Source: Dehalococcoidia bacterium
GTDB lineage: Bacteria > Chloroflexota > Dehalococcoidia > Bin125
Length of the DNA: 64,000 bases
Assembly: GCA_963662615.2 (NCBI GenBank)
Contig: CAXXSR010000002.1
Location: 288,001-352,000 of the forward strand
Direction: 5' to 3'
In this document: piece by piece, positions 45,242 to 58,899 of the stretch
Layout of the letters: each line of letters starts with the position of its first letter
How positions within the stretch are numbered: position 1 is the stretch's first letter
Program-made: the position numbers and the translations under genes
Notes under the pieces: model-generated
What the model saw: only the letters and a program-made list of their open reading frames with translations
The model's database searches: none
What the model was told of the DNA's origin: nothing

Positions 45242-45580
45242 CTACTCCTTCTGATCCGAGACCACCACCGTGAGGTGGCAGGTGCGTCTGGCGATGGGAT
45301 GGGCGCGGCCACGCGCGACCGGGCGGAAGCGGCGCAAGATGCGGGCGTCGCCGGCGTAGATGGATTCAATGTGCAACATCTGGCGGGCCAGGTTGAAATT
45401 ATTCTCCGCGTTCGCCGCGGCCGACTCCACGACTTTGGCTACGGCTTTGGCCCCCGGCCTGGGGGTGAAGCGCAGGATGGTGAGGGCGTCGTCCACGGAC
45501 TTGCCGCGCAGTCCTTGGAGGATCATCCGCGCTTTGCGGGGGGAGAGATGGAGATAGCGGCTGGTCGCTTGCACACGCAT
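45242..45580 (-). CDS. rplV: 50S ribosomal protein L22
   Basis: SPRKAR, SAAANA, RGRA. Confidence 0.97.
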   Translation of the reverse strand: MRVQATSRYLHLSPRKARMILQGLRGKSVDDALTILRFTPRPGAKAVAKVVESAAANAENNFNLARQMLHIESIYAGDARILRRFRPVARGRAHPIARRTCHLTVVVSDQKE

Positions 45581-45582
45581 AG

Positions 45583-45867
45583 CTATTGGACTCGGGTGCT
45601 CCTGTCGGATCGGCCTACGTGCCCGCGGAAGGTGCGGGTGGCGGAGAACTCACCAAGCTTGTGGCCCACCATATTTTCGGTGATAAAGACCGGCACGTGG
45701 CGGCGGCCGTCGTGGACCCCGATGGTAAGGCCGACCATCTCCGGCACGATCGTGCAGGCGCGAGACCAGGTCCGGATGACGGTGCGCTGGCCGGATGCGC
45801 GCACCAGCTGCACCTTTTTGAGCAGCTTGTGGTCCACGTACGGGCCTTTCTTTGTGGATCGCGACAT
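45583..45867 (-). CDS. rpsS: 30S ribosomal protein S19
   Basis: [13 protein letters not shown]. Confidence 0.97.
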   Translation of the reverse strand: MSRSTKKGPYVDHKLLKKVQLVRASGQRTVIRTWSRACTIVPEMVGLTIGVHDGRRHVPVFITENMVGHKLGEFSATRTFRGHVGRSDRSTRVQ

Positions 45868-45884
45868 TGTTCCCTGCTCCCGCC

Positions 45885-46724
45885 CTAGGCGCGCTTGCGG
45901 CCGCGGCGCCGGACGACGTATTTATCCGAGGGCTTTTTGCCACGCGTGCGGTAGCCGAGCGCCGGTTTGCCCCACGGTGTCTTGGGGCCGGGAAGGCCAA
46001 CGGGCGCCTTGCCCTCCCCACCGCCGTGCGGATGGTCCACCGGGTTCATGGCGGCCCCGCGCACGGTAGGGCGTCGGCCGCGATGCCGCGAGCGACCCGC
46101 CTTGCCGAGCTTGATCGTGCCATGCTCCAGGTTGCCAACTTGGCCAATAGTAGCGAAACAGAGTTCCCGCACCTGGCGCATTTCGCCGGATGGCAGGCGG
46201 AGAAGGCAATAGCCGCGCTCTTTGGCCATGATCTGGGCGGCGGCGCCGGCGCTGCGCACCATTTGCGCGCCGCGTCCCTCAATGAGCTCCACGCAGTGGA
46301 CCATGGTGCCGTTGGGGATCTTCTGGAGCGGTAAGGCGTTGCCCACGTGCAGCGGCGCCTCCGGGCCGGCGGCAATGCGGTCCCCAACGCTCAGGCTCTG
46401 CGGCGCCAGGATGTAGCGCTTCTCGCCGTCCGCGTAGGCCACCAGCGCGATCCGCGCCGTGCGGTTGGGGTCGTACTCGATCGCCGTCACTTTTCCTTCC
46501 TGGCCAACGCGGTCGCGGCGCTTCCAATCGATTATGCGGTAGCGGCGCTTGTGACCCCCGCCTCGATGGCGCACGGTCACCCGTCCCTGGTTGTTGCGAC
46601 CGCCCTTTTTCCGCAACGGCGCCAGCAGGCTCTTTTCGGGCTTCTTCTTGGTGATCTCCTCGAAAGTGGAGCCGGAGGCACCGCGGCGGCCGGGCGAGGT
46701 GGGCTTGAACTGCTTGACGGGCAC
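45885..46724 (-). CDS. rplB: 50S ribosomal protein L2
   Basis: [19 protein letters not shown]. Confidence 0.97.
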   Translation of the reverse strand: MPVKQFKPTSPGRRGASGSTFEEITKKKPEKSLLAPLRKKGGRNNQGRVTVRHRGGGHKRRYRIIDWKRRDRVGQEGKVTAIEYDPNRTARIALVAYADGEKRYILAPQSLSVGDRIAAGPEAPLHVGNALPLQKIPNGTMVHCVELIEGRGAQMVRSAGAAAQIMAKERGYCLLRLPSGEMRQVRELCFATIGQVGNLEHGTIKLGKAGRSRHRGRRPTVRGAAMNPVDHPHGGGEGKAPVGLPGPKTPWGKPALGYRTRGKKPSDKYVVRRRGRKRA

Positions 46725-46725
46725 G

Positions 46726-47022
46726 CTAGACCCCCTCGAAGAGCTTGATCTCGTAGCCTTCGGCCAGGGTGACCACGGCTTTCTTCCAGTTCCGCTCACG
46801 GCCCACGTTGCGCCCGAAGCGACGCATCTTGCCGTGCACCGTCATGACATTCACCTTACGCACCACCACGTTGAACGCGATCTCCACCGCTTCTCTGATC
46901 TGCAGCTTGTTGGCGCGCGGATTCACCTCGAAGACGTACTTGTGGATTTCGGAGAGTTCCGTGCTCTTCTCGGTGAGGATGGGCTGGCGCAGCACCGCGT
47001 AGGGGTGGATCTCTTTCGGCAT
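46726..47022 (-). CDS. rplW: 50S ribosomal protein L23
   Basis: [13 protein letters not shown]. Confidence 0.97.
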   Translation of the reverse strand: MPKEIHPYAVLRQPILTEKSTELSEIHKYVFEVNPRANKLQIREAVEIAFNVVVRKVNVMTVHGKMRRFGRNVGRERNWKKAVVTLAEGYEIKLFEGV

Positions 47023-47024
47023 GG

Positions 47025-47693
47025 CTAGGCGCCTTCGGGCGCGGGCACGGGCGCACGCCGGTGGAGGGCACGCGCGCCACCCCAGAGCGCCTCGGCTCGG
47101 CGCAGGGCTGGTTCGGTCATGATCAGGTGATCGTGGTCCAAGAGCGCGCGGACGTTGAGCGTGTCCGTTGGGCAGGCGTGCATGTGCGGCAAGTTGCGGA
47201 TCCCGCGGCGGAGGTGCGCGTCCGGTTCCGCCGTCACCAGGAGGCCGCTGCGGCTCACGCCGAGCGCGACGAGGAGATCCCGGACCGCTTTGGTGCGAGG
47301 CTCAAGATCGGCGGTAGCGAGGACGATCAGTCCGCCCTCCGCCGCCCGCTGCGAGAGCATGGAACGGATCGCCAGCCGGCGCATGCGCTTGGGCAGGGCC
47401 TGGCGGTAGGAGCGTGGATGCGGCCCATGGGCGACGGCGCCGCCGCGCCGCACCGGGGAGGAGGCGCCGCCGAGGCGGGCCCGGCCGGTGCCTTTCTGGC
47501 GACGGGTCTTGGCGCCGCCCGCCGAATGCGCGGAGCGGGTGAGAGTGGAGGCGGTGCCGCGCCGACGGTTGGCGAGCTGCGCCAGGAGGGCCTGGTGCAC
47601 CACGGCGAGATTCGGCTCGATGCCGAAGACGGCGTCGTCCACTTCGATCCGGCGCACCTCTGCGCCCTCAGCATCGACGACAGGCAAGTTCAC
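47025..47693 (-). CDS. rplD: 50S ribosomal protein L4
   Basis: QKGTGRAR.G, HGP.PR. Confidence 0.97.
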   Translation of the reverse strand: MNLPVVDAEGAEVRRIEVDDAVFGIEPNLAVVHQALLAQLANRRRGTASTLTRSAHSAGGAKTRRQKGTGRARLGGASSPVRRGGAVAHGPHPRSYRQALPKRMRRLAIRSMLSQRAAEGGLIVLATADLEPRTKAVRDLLVALGVSRSGLLVTAEPDAHLRRGIRNLPHMHACPTDTLNVRALLDHDHLIMTEPALRRAEALWGGARALHRRAPVPAPEGA

Positions 47694-47709
47694 GCCAGTC
47701 CTCTCCCGC

Positions 47710-48351
47710 TTACCCACGCCTCTTGGTTTGGCGAATCTTGACGATGCCGTTGGTGGCCCCTGGAACGGAGCCATTGACGAAGAGCAGCCCGCGCTCCGGC
47801 TGGATCTTCATGATCTCCAAATTGAGTGAGGAGGCGGTCTTGCCCCCCATGCGGCCGGCCATGCGCGTTCCCTTGAGGACGCGCCCGGGGGTCGTCCCGG
47901 CGCCCACCGAACCGGGGGCGCGGTGGCGGTCGCTCTGGCCGTGGGTGCGAGGGCCGCCGTGAAAGTGGTGGCGCTTGACGGTGCCCGCGAAGCCCTTACC
48001 TTTGCCCACGCCCCGCACGTCCACGCGGTCGCCGACCTGGAACGTTTCGGAGGCGGTGATCGTTTGTCCCACCGCCAGGGATTCGTAGTCGCCTTCGTCA
48101 GCGTCGAACTCCAGGAGGTGCCGGAGGGGACCGTTGTTGCCGGTATGCCCTCGTTCCGGCTGCGTCACCTTCCGCTCCGGGACGCGCTCAAAGCCCAACT
48201 GCACGGCCTGATAGCCGTCCCGTTCGGCCGTCTTGATCTGGGTGACGGCGCAGGGGCCCGCTTCCAGGACCGTGCAGCCGGCCACGCGGCCGTCCTCTTG
48301 GATAAGTTGGACCATGCCGAGCTTCTTGCCAATGAGACCTTGGACTGCCAC
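47710..48351 (-). CDS. rplC: 50S ribosomal protein L3
   Basis: GKKLGM, GKGFAG, HR.PGS, G.MG. Confidence 0.97.
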   Translation of the reverse strand: MAVQGLIGKKLGMVQLIQEDGRVAGCTVLEAGPCAVTQIKTAERDGYQAVQLGFERVPERKVTQPERGHTGNNGPLRHLLEFDADEGDYESLAVGQTITASETFQVGDRVDVRGVGKGKGFAGTVKRHHFHGGPRTHGQSDRHRAPGSVGAGTTPGRVLKGTRMAGRMGGKTASSLNLEIMKIQPERGLLFVNGSVPGATNGIVKIRQTKRRG

Positions 48352-48385
48352 CGCTCCTCCGCGCTTCCGGGCGCGTGCCCCGTCC

Positions 48386-48694
<309 letters not shown>

Positions 48695-48702
48695 GGCCGG
48701 GC

Positions 48703-49902
<1,200 letters not shown>

Positions 49903-49944
49903 GGCTCCTCCGCCTCTTGCAACGGGTTGCCCGTCGCTCAGCGA

Positions 49945-52008
<2,064 letters not shown>

Positions 52009-52077
52009 CCGCTACCCGATCTCTCTTCTCGTGCCGTCCGGCCGGCCGCCGTCAGCGAGCGTCGCTCGCGGGGGGGG

Positions 52078-52548
52078 CTACCAGCGATAGTGAACGAAGG
52101 CGCGGTTCGCCTCCGCCATGCGATGGGTGTCTTCGCGTCGCTTGACGGCGGCGCCGGTGTTCTGGAACGCGTCCGCCAGCTCCGCGGCCAGCCGTTCCGC
52201 CATGGATCGGCCGCTGCGAGAACGGGCGGCGCGCAGCATCCAACGGACGGCAAGGGCGTTGCGGCGAGCGGGCTGGACTTCCACGGGCACCTGATACGTA
52301 GCCCCGCCCACACGCCGTGGCCGCACCTCCATCTGGGGCATGACGTTGCGGAGGGCCTGCTGGAAGACGTCCACGGGGTCCTGCCTCGTCCGCTCAGCTA
52401 CCTGGTCCAGCGCGCCATACATGGTGCGCTCTGCCACGCCCCTCTTGCCGCCCATCATGATCTTGTTGATGAACTGCTGGACGGCAATGCTGTTGTAGCG
52501 CGGATCCGGCTTGGTGACGCGCCGTTCCGGTCGGTTGCGCCGTGGCAT
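52078..52548 (-). CDS. rpsG: 30S ribosomal protein S7
   Basis: [22 protein letters not shown]. Confidence 0.97.
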   Translation of the reverse strand: MPRRNRPERRVTKPDPRYNSIAVQQFINKIMMGGKRGVAERTMYGALDQVAERTRQDPVDVFQQALRNVMPQMEVRPRRVGGATYQVPVEVQPARRNALAVRWMLRAARSRSGRSMAERLAAELADAFQNTGAAVKRREDTHRMAEANRAFVHYRW

Positions 52549-52670
52549 CGGCTGGTTCTCCTGATCCGCCTGCTCGCCGCCAAACCGGCACGGCGCCGCG
52601 GGCGCCGCTGCGGTCGGGTTCACGGTTCGCGGAAGCTCGTCTCCGGAGCGCGCCCGGCGGCGCGCTCGCG

Positions 52671-53108
52671 CTACGCTGTCGTGGCGGCCTGCGTCGCGCC
52701 GGATTTGCGCGTGCCGTACTTCGAGCGGCTCCGCTTCCGATCCCCTACCCCTTGTGCGTCCAGCGCGCCACGGATGACGTGATAGCGCACTCCCGGGAGG
52801 TCCTTCACGCGACCACCGCGAATCAGGACCACCGAATGCTCCTGCAGGGTGTGGCCTTCGCCGGGGATATAGGCGGTGACCTCAATCCCGTTCGTCAGCC
52901 GGACCCGGCAGACCTTGCGCAAGGCGGAGTTGGGCTTCTTGGGTGTGATTGTCCGGACCGACGTACAGACGCCGCGCTTCTGCGGCGAGCCCGGGCCCTG
53001 GCGCGTGCGGTTGGTCAGCGAGTTGTGAATAAATCGCAGCGCCGGCGCCTTGGTCTTCTTCGTCACCGGCCGGCGGCGTTTACGGACGAGTTGGTTGATC
53101 GTTGGCAC
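52671..53108 (-). CDS. rpsL: 30S ribosomal protein S12
   Basis: [24 protein letters not shown]. Confidence 0.97.
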   Translation of the reverse strand: MPTINQLVRKRRRPVTKKTKAPALRFIHNSLTNRTRQGPGSPQKRGVCTSVRTITPKKPNSALRKVCRVRLTNGIEVTAYIPGEGHTLQEHSVVLIRGGRVKDLPGVRYHVIRGALDAQGVGDRKRSRSKYGTRKSGATQAATTA

Positions 53109-53354
53109 GGTGCTCCCTCGCCCTACATTCCGGCGGTCGCGCGCCACAGCAAAGAAGGTCAAAGCCGCCCGCGGAACCGCTCCGATACGCCACGTATCGG
53201 CGGTGGTCCACGAGTGTCGGCTTCGACCTACACGAGGGCACGCAAACGCGCGCGGACAGGGATTCAGGTTAGGGACGCGGCGAAGCCAGTGTCAAGCGAC
53301 GACGAGAAGGCGCCCGAAGGCCGTGCCGGCCCCCCCGGACGATCGATCGCCGGG

Positions 53355-54287
53355 CTAGACACCCGCGTAAGAGTGGAGCCCGCTGACCCAGAGGTTCACG
53401 CCCAAGTACGTAAAGAGGACGGCGAGAAATCCGAGGACGACGACCCACGAGCCGCGTGCGCCTCTGAGCTGGCGGACCCCGCGCGTGTGGAGGTAGACGG
53501 CGAAGATGAGCCAAGTCACCAGCGCCGCCGTCTCCTTTGGATCCCACCCCCAATAGCGTCCCCAGGCATCATTGGCCCAGAGCGCACCCAGGGCGACACC
53601 CCCCGCCAAGATGGGGAAGCCCACGAGCACGGCGCGGTACGTCAACTCGTCGCAGCGCTGGGCGGGCGGAAGCCATGTGTGGCGGCGGCCCGCGTTGCCC
53701 TGGACGAGGTGCATGACGGCGGCGCCGAACGCCACGGCGAGCGCCCCATAGGCCAGGATCATGGTGGCCACGTGGATGGAGAGCAGCGTGGGGTTTTGGA
53801 GAGCGGGCACCAGCACCTGTTGCCCGTCGCTGGGGAAGGCGAGGGCGCTGGCGTAGAGGCCGAACGAGACCGGCATCACGAACGCGCCCAGCACCTTGGC
53901 GCGGGTCCGCAGCTCGAAGAGGACGTAGACGAGGGCGATGGAGAATCCGAAGGCCATGGAGAACTCAAAGAGGTTGCTGAAGGGGGCATGATCCAGCGCC
54001 ACGGTGCGAAAGATCAGCCCGAGCCCGCCGAAGGCGACCGAACTCCAGGCGGCGAGACTCGCGGCGCCGCCCAACGTTGGCGAGCGCCGGGCGGGCCGGG
54101 GCTGCCCCGTCCCGGCGGCGATGGTGAGCGTGTCAGCGGAGGCGCTGGCCCCAGTTGCGGCCATCCGGATCGGCCGTAGAGCCAAGAAGGCAAAGCGTGG
54201 CTGGAGCAGGTAGGCGCCATAGCCGACACTGGCGACCCCGGCCGCCACGAACCCCGACCAGAGGAAGTAGAGGGCCAGCTCTTCCAT
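53355..54287 (-). CDS. ccsA: Cytochrome c biogenesis protein CcsA/ResC (system II)
   Basis: WWD domain WANDAWGRYWGWDPKET; C-terminal GLHSY. Confidence 0.9.
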   Translation of the reverse strand: MEELALYFLWSGFVAAGVASVGYGAYLLQPRFAFLALRPIRMAATGASASADTLTIAAGTGQPRPARRSPTLGGAASLAAWSSVAFGGLGLIFRTVALDHAPFSNLFEFSMAFGFSIALVYVLFELRTRAKVLGAFVMPVSFGLYASALAFPSDGQQVLVPALQNPTLLSIHVATMILAYGALAVAFGAAVMHLVQGNAGRRHTWLPPAQRCDELTYRAVLVGFPILAGGVALGALWANDAWGRYWGWDPKETAALVTWLIFAVYLHTRGVRQLRGARGSWVVVLGFLAVLFTYLGVNLWVSGLHSYAGV

Positions 54288-55091
54288 CTACGTCGCTGTC
54301 TCCCGGGCGGCCAGGAGGGCGGTCCGCCGTGGCGCCGACTGCTGCCCGAAGAAGAGCCGCCGGAACCCTTCCGCCCACGGGACTCGTCCCTTTGTGATAG
54401 CGTCCGCCGCCCTGCGCTGGAGCCGCTGCGCCAATTCGTCGCGGGTGGTGGCCTTCACCTGACTCACGTGACAGCGCAGGGCGTCGATGCGGCGGTCCAG
54501 TTGGCGGCTCACGTCCACAAAATAGTCAGGCTCGCGGCTGCCCGCCAGCCAGACCGTGTTGACGCGATGGGGCTCCAGGCCCCGCGCAGCCTGCTCTGGA
54601 AAATAGTGGGGACTGCGGGCCAGCGGGTAGGCCGCATCCAGCGCGGCGATGCCGACCGCGCGGTGGTCGCGATGGTTGAAGCCGCGGTAGCCGTCCCACG
54701 TGATCAGGAGCGACGGGCGCTCCTGTCGGATCACGCCAACGAGGGTTTCGCGCAGCTCCGCGCTCTCCTCCACGAAGCCGTCGGGCCAGCGCAAGAAGAG
54801 GCAACGCGCCACGCCCAGCAGCGCCGCCGCCGCTCCCTGCTCGGCCTCCCGGAGCGCGGCCAGATTCGCCGGGGCGACGCGCACATCCTTGCCCCCTTTG
54901 TCGCCGCTGGTCACCAGGCAGAAGCTGACCTCCCAGCCGTCGTCGGTTAGTTTGGCCACAGAGCCGCCGCAGCTGAACTCAATATCGTCAGGGTGCGCCA
55001 TGATGACGAGCGCTCGCATGGGCTCGGGGGAGGGAGAGGGTGCTGCCGTCTGATCCGGGGCGTCCCGGCTGGATATCCTATCCCCAGTCAC
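54288..55091 (-). CDS. PIG-L family deacetylase (MshB/BshB/Mca-like)
   Basis: AHPDD, HRDH, H.SQ; start could be 55019. Confidence 0.85.
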   Translation of the reverse strand: MTGDRISSRDAPDQTAAPSPSPEPMRALVIMAHPDDIEFSCGGSVAKLTDDGWEVSFCLVTSGDKGGKDVRVAPANLAALREAEQGAAAALLGVARCLFLRWPDGFVEESAELRETLVGVIRQERPSLLITWDGYRGFNHRDHRAVGIAALDAAYPLARSPHYFPEQAARGLEPHRVNTVWLAGSREPDYFVDVSRQLDRRIDALRCHVSQVKATTRDELAQRLQRRAADAITKGRVPWAEGFRRLFFGQQSAPRRTALLAARETAT

Positions 55092-55140
55092 ATCGCGTCC
55101 CCAGTCACAGTGCGTCCCCAGTCACAGCGCGTCCCCAATC
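55081..55140. repeat. 17-bp tandem repeat x3.5
   Basis: TCCCCAGTCACA(TC/GT/GC)GCG units between the mshA-like stop and the PIG-L start. Confidence 0.9.
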
Positions 55141-55149
55141 TAGCGAAGG

Positions 55150-56400
55150 CTAGCTGGCGTGACAGCCGGCGCCGACACCGGCCGCGTGACGTTGGAGCAG
55201 CTCCTCGTAGACGCCGGCGATCCGGCCGGCCACGGTCGCCCAGGCGTAGGGGAGAGCCGAGTCACGGGCGGCGCGGCCGAAGCGGGCACGGAGGTCGGCG
55301 CTCTCGAGGAGGGTCTCGATCCGCTCGGCGAACGGTTCCGGACAGCGCCAGGAGATGAGGTACCCGGTCTGCCCGTCGCGGACGGTGTGCTGGAGGCCGC
55401 CCACGCGGGTGGCGATCACGGGCGTGCCCGTCGCCAGCGCCTCTACAGCGACCAGGCCAAAGCTCTCATAAAACGAGGGCACGACACAGACATCGGCGGC
55501 CTGGTAGTAGCGGGGCAGCTGGCGGCGGTTGACCGCGTCGCGGAACTGCACACGCGGGGCAATGTCCAACTCCGCGCTCAACTTGCGCAGGGAGTCCCGC
55601 AAAGGGCCGTCCTGGCCGTCCCCGCCAACCACGAGGACGTAGAGCGGCTGCGCCAGGTCGGCCGCGGCCGCCGCCCGAATGAGGATATCCACGCCCTTGA
55701 GCGGCAGCAGTCGCCCCACGAACAGCGCCAGGGGTCCGTTGGGCAGGCCCAGCCCGCGCCGAGCGGCCGCGCGGTCGCCGGGGCGGAAGTGCTCCAGGTC
55801 CACACCGCCGGGGACCACGCTGACGCATTCCGGATGGGCGCCGTAGAGCTGCACAAGAAAGTCGCGCTCGTGCGGGGTGGCGCAGATGAGACGGTCGGCG
55901 CGGCGGACGATGGTCCGTTCCGCCTCAATGCGGACGGAGGGCTCGCGCTCGGCGCGGGGCGCGCGGTTTTTCACCTCTCCCAGGGTGTGAAACATGACCA
56001 CGTGGGGACAGCGCCACTCGTCCGCCAAGGCCAGGCCGGTCAGCGCCGAGAGCCAGTAGTGGGAGTGGATCAGGTCGTAGCGGCGGCCGTGGTCTCGCGC
56101 CCAGGCCCTGACGCGGTCCGTGAATTCGGGCAGGATCGGGCGCACCTGCAGGGGAGCGAGGCGCCGTGGCGGCCCAGCGGGGATGTGGACCACACGAACG
56201 TTTGGCGACAGCTCCACGGATTCCGGGAGATCGGGGTGGTCGCGGCGCGTAAAGATATCGACGGTGCGGCCCAACCGCCCCAACTGCCGCGTCAACTCAG
56301 CGATGTAGACGTTCATTCCCCCCGCCTTGGTCGTGCCGGGCTGGGCCAGCGGGGACGAGTGCGCGCTGATGAAGGCGAGGCTGTGGAGATGGTGTGACAT
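55150..56400 (-). CDS. GT4 glycosyltransferase, MshA-like
   Basis: HSSPLAQPG...GGMNVY, HSHYWLS, ESFGLVA.EA. Confidence 0.85.
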   Translation of the reverse strand: MSHHLHSLAFISAHSSPLAQPGTTKAGGMNVYIAELTRQLGRLGRTVDIFTRRDHPDLPESVELSPNVRVVHIPAGPPRRLAPLQVRPILPEFTDRVRAWARDHGRRYDLIHSHYWLSALTGLALADEWRCPHVVMFHTLGEVKNRAPRAEREPSVRIEAERTIVRRADRLICATPHERDFLVQLYGAHPECVSVVPGGVDLEHFRPGDRAAARRGLGLPNGPLALFVGRLLPLKGVDILIRAAAAADLAQPLYVLVVGGDGQDGPLRDSLRKLSAELDIAPRVQFRDAVNRRQLPRYYQAADVCVVPSFYESFGLVAVEALATGTPVIATRVGGLQHTVRDGQTGYLISWRCPEPFAERIETLLESADLRARFGRAARDSALPYAWATVAGRIAGVYEELLQRHAAGVGAGCHAS

Positions 56401-56409
56401 GGCGGGGCC

Positions 56410-57393
56410 CTAGCGGCTCAAGAGCAGACGAGTGACCGCCGAGGGCCGGGCGCCCAGCTGAAATTTGTACTCTTCGGCGCCGCGGAGGAAGTTGAGGGAG
56501 GACAGCCCTCGCTCAATGGAGTCACGCACCAGGAAGACCTTGGAGGCGATGCCGACGGCAAGGCTGCGGTAGGCGGGGTCGTAGCCGCTGTTGTAGAGGA
56601 GTACGGCGCCGTCCTGGAGCAAGCCCAAGTCCGCGGCCACACGCTTGCCGTCGATCTGCAGGAAATAGAGCCGCAGCAGCCGCTCCGGGGCCAAGCGACT
56701 GACGAGTTTGCGGAAGAAGGTGTCCATCTGCTCCGTCATGAAGGCGGCCTTGTCGCCGCGGGAGTCCGTCATGAGGCGGACGAAGTCGGGGAGCCGCTCC
56801 AGGAGTTCAGAGGGCTCCTCCACTACCTCCAGGGCGATGGTGGCGCCGCCGTCGAGCAGATTCCGCAGCTTGCGCCGGACCTCATGCCGGTACTTCGTGC
56901 GCAGGCGATCCAAGTAGCTGTCCCAGTCCGCAGCCAGCGGCACCACGGGGCAGATCGCTTCCTGCTCCGCCTGAACGGTCCAGCCGCGCGTCCGTGCGGC
57001 CGGCGGCAACACGGTGAGCGTGGGCGACCCTTCCGGCAGGCCGCGCAGATCCGCGCGCCGGGCGCCGCTCTCCTCCAGATGCTCCAGGAAGGCCCCGATA
57101 ACATCGTCCACACGTCCAGGCGCGGCCACGAGATCCATGTAGTCGCAGATCTCCGGGTCGCCGATGAAGGCCACGTCGCCGTCGCGACGCGCCAAGGGCA
57201 GGACGCCGATGAACTCGCCTTCGTCGCGGACCGCGTGGAGGTCGAGCTCCAGACCGGCGCCAAAGACATCCCACCAGGTGGACTGGAACTGCGGAGAGAC
57301 GAAGGGACCGGCCGCCGGGCGGCTGTGGCGCAGGAGCGCGGTCCAGGGCCGCGTCAACGTCTGCCAGTCCTCACGCTGGAGTTGGGCCGTCAT
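56410..57393 (-). CDS. GNAT acetyltransferase, CelD/BcsL-like
   Basis: WW..FG, DY.DL, YNSGYDP, FLRG.E.YK. Confidence 0.8.
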   Translation of the reverse strand: MTAQLQREDWQTLTRPWTALLRHSRPAAGPFVSPQFQSTWWDVFGAGLELDLHAVRDEGEFIGVLPLARRDGDVAFIGDPEICDYMDLVAAPGRVDDVIGAFLEHLEESGARRADLRGLPEGSPTLTVLPPAARTRGWTVQAEQEAICPVVPLAADWDSYLDRLRTKYRHEVRRKLRNLLDGGATIALEVVEEPSELLERLPDFVRLMTDSRGDKAAFMTEQMDTFFRKLVSRLAPERLLRLYFLQIDGKRVAADLGLLQDGAVLLYNSGYDPAYRSLAVGIASKVFLVRDSIERGLSSLNFLRGAEEYKFQLGARPSAVTRLLLSR

Positions 57394-57983
57394 CGGCGCT
57401 CGGGCCGGACGAGCGCGAGGAACTCCGCGCGCGTCTCCTGTTGGGACTGGAAGGTGCCACGCATGGCGGAACTGACCATGCGGCTGCCGGGCTTCTTGAT
57501 GCCGCGCATGGTCATGCAGAGATGCTCGGCCTCTACCATCACGCCCACGCCGTCCGGCTCCAGCGCCTCCGAGAGGGTGTCGGCGATGTCGGCTGTGAGA
57601 CGCTCTTGCATCTGGGGTCGCCGTGCGACGGCCTCCACGAGGCGGGCGATCTTGCTGATCCCCACCACGCGCCCGCGGGGCACGTAGGCGACATGCGCCA
57701 GGCCGTGAAACGGAAGGAGGTGGTGCTCGCACATGGAGAAGAAAGGGATGTCGCGCAGGACCACCATCTCATCGTGGCCCTCCTCAAACTCCACCCGCAG
57801 CAGCGCCTCGGGCTCAATGGCAAGGCCGCTGAACACCTCCGCATAGGCGTCGGCGACGCGGCGGGGGGTGGCGCGCAGCCCTTCGCGGTCCGGGTTCTCG
57901 CCAATCGCCAGGAGGATCTCGCGCACGGCGGCCTCGATCCGGGCCTTGTCCACGGTGGCGGCCGCATTGGCGTTGGCGATCAT
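57390..57983 (-). CDS. folE: GTP cyclohydrolase I
   Basis: TP.RVA, CEHHLLPF, QERLT, HLCMTMRG. Confidence 0.97.
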   Translation of the reverse strand: MIANANAAATVDKARIEAAVREILLAIGENPDREGLRATPRRVADAYAEVFSGLAIEPEALLRVEFEEGHDEMVVLRDIPFFSMCEHHLLPFHGLAHVAYVPRGRVVGISKIARLVEAVARRPQMQERLTADIADTLSEALEPDGVGVMVEAEHLCMTMRGIKKPGSRMVSSAMRGTFQSQQETRAEFLALVRPERR

Positions 57984-58897
57984 TCCAGGCGTACCTCCTT
58001 CGCCAGGACCGAGAGCGCTCCGGCGCTCACCCAGAACTCAGCCGGAGTCTCGCTGACATATTCACCGTCGAGCGCCACCGGCTGCGCCGGCACGGGCTCC
58101 ACCCGCAGCCGCTTGGTCGTACCGTAGCGCACGCCTCGCTGGTGGATGTGCGACCCGCGATATACGCGGAGCAACGGGTTGAGCAGGCGCCATCGGCTCT
58201 GGTCCAGCGTGATCAGCGCTTCCAGCCGTCCATCTTGGGGGTTCGCGCCCGGCGCCAGGTACATGCCGCCACCTGCCCAGGGCACGTTCAGCACCTGCAG
58301 GTCGACGATGGAGAGGCGCTCGGTTGCACCGTCCAGCGTGGCGACCGTCTGCACCCCCTGGGCCGACCACCACTCCGTCAGCGCTACTAGGAAGTACGTG
58401 AGGGAGCGTCCCAGCGGCTTCCAGCCCGCGGCGCGGCGGACAACGCGAGCGCTGAGGCCGACGCAGCCGATGATGAGGAACGCTCTGCGCTCGCGACCTT
58501 CGGGCCCCTGATACTCGAACCAGCCAACGTCGAGGGAGAGCGGGAAAGCTTGGGCCAGCAATCGGGCCTGCGCCGCGACGCCGCGGGGCAGCTGGAGCAC
58601 GCGTGACAGGTCGCTGCCGGTCCCGGTCTGGATCAGCCCCAAGGGTGGCGGCTGCGGTTGCCGCAGGAGTCCGTTGGCGACTTCGTGGGCGGTGCCGTCG
58701 CCGCCCACGGCGACGACGAGATCAACGCCGTCCCGCGCCGCTTCCTGGGCCAGCGCCGTGGCCTGAGAGGGACGCTCGGTGAGGACGAAATCTGGGTCCA
58801 GCCCCGCTTCGCGGAGCGCCACGATGGCGTCCGGCCAGGCGTGGGCGCTGCGGCCCGAGCCGGCGGCAGGGTTGATGATCACACGTGCCCGACGCAT
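57980..58897 (-). CDS. Diacylglycerol kinase family lipid kinase (YegS-like)
   Basis: NPAAG, GGDGT..EV.NG, GTG.D, DGE. Confidence 0.9.
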   Translation of the reverse strand: MRRARVIINPAAGSGRSAHAWPDAIVALREAGLDPDFVLTERPSQATALAQEAARDGVDLVVAVGGDGTAHEVANGLLRQPQPPPLGLIQTGTGSDLSRVLQLPRGVAAQARLLAQAFPLSLDVGWFEYQGPEGRERRAFLIIGCVGLSARVVRRAAGWKPLGRSLTYFLVALTEWWSAQGVQTVATLDGATERLSIVDLQVLNVPWAGGGMYLAPGANPQDGRLEALITLDQSRWRLLNPLLRVYRGSHIHQRGVRYGTTKRLRVEPVPAQPVALDGEYVSETPAEFWVSAGALSVLAKEVRLE

Positions 58898-58899
58898 GG

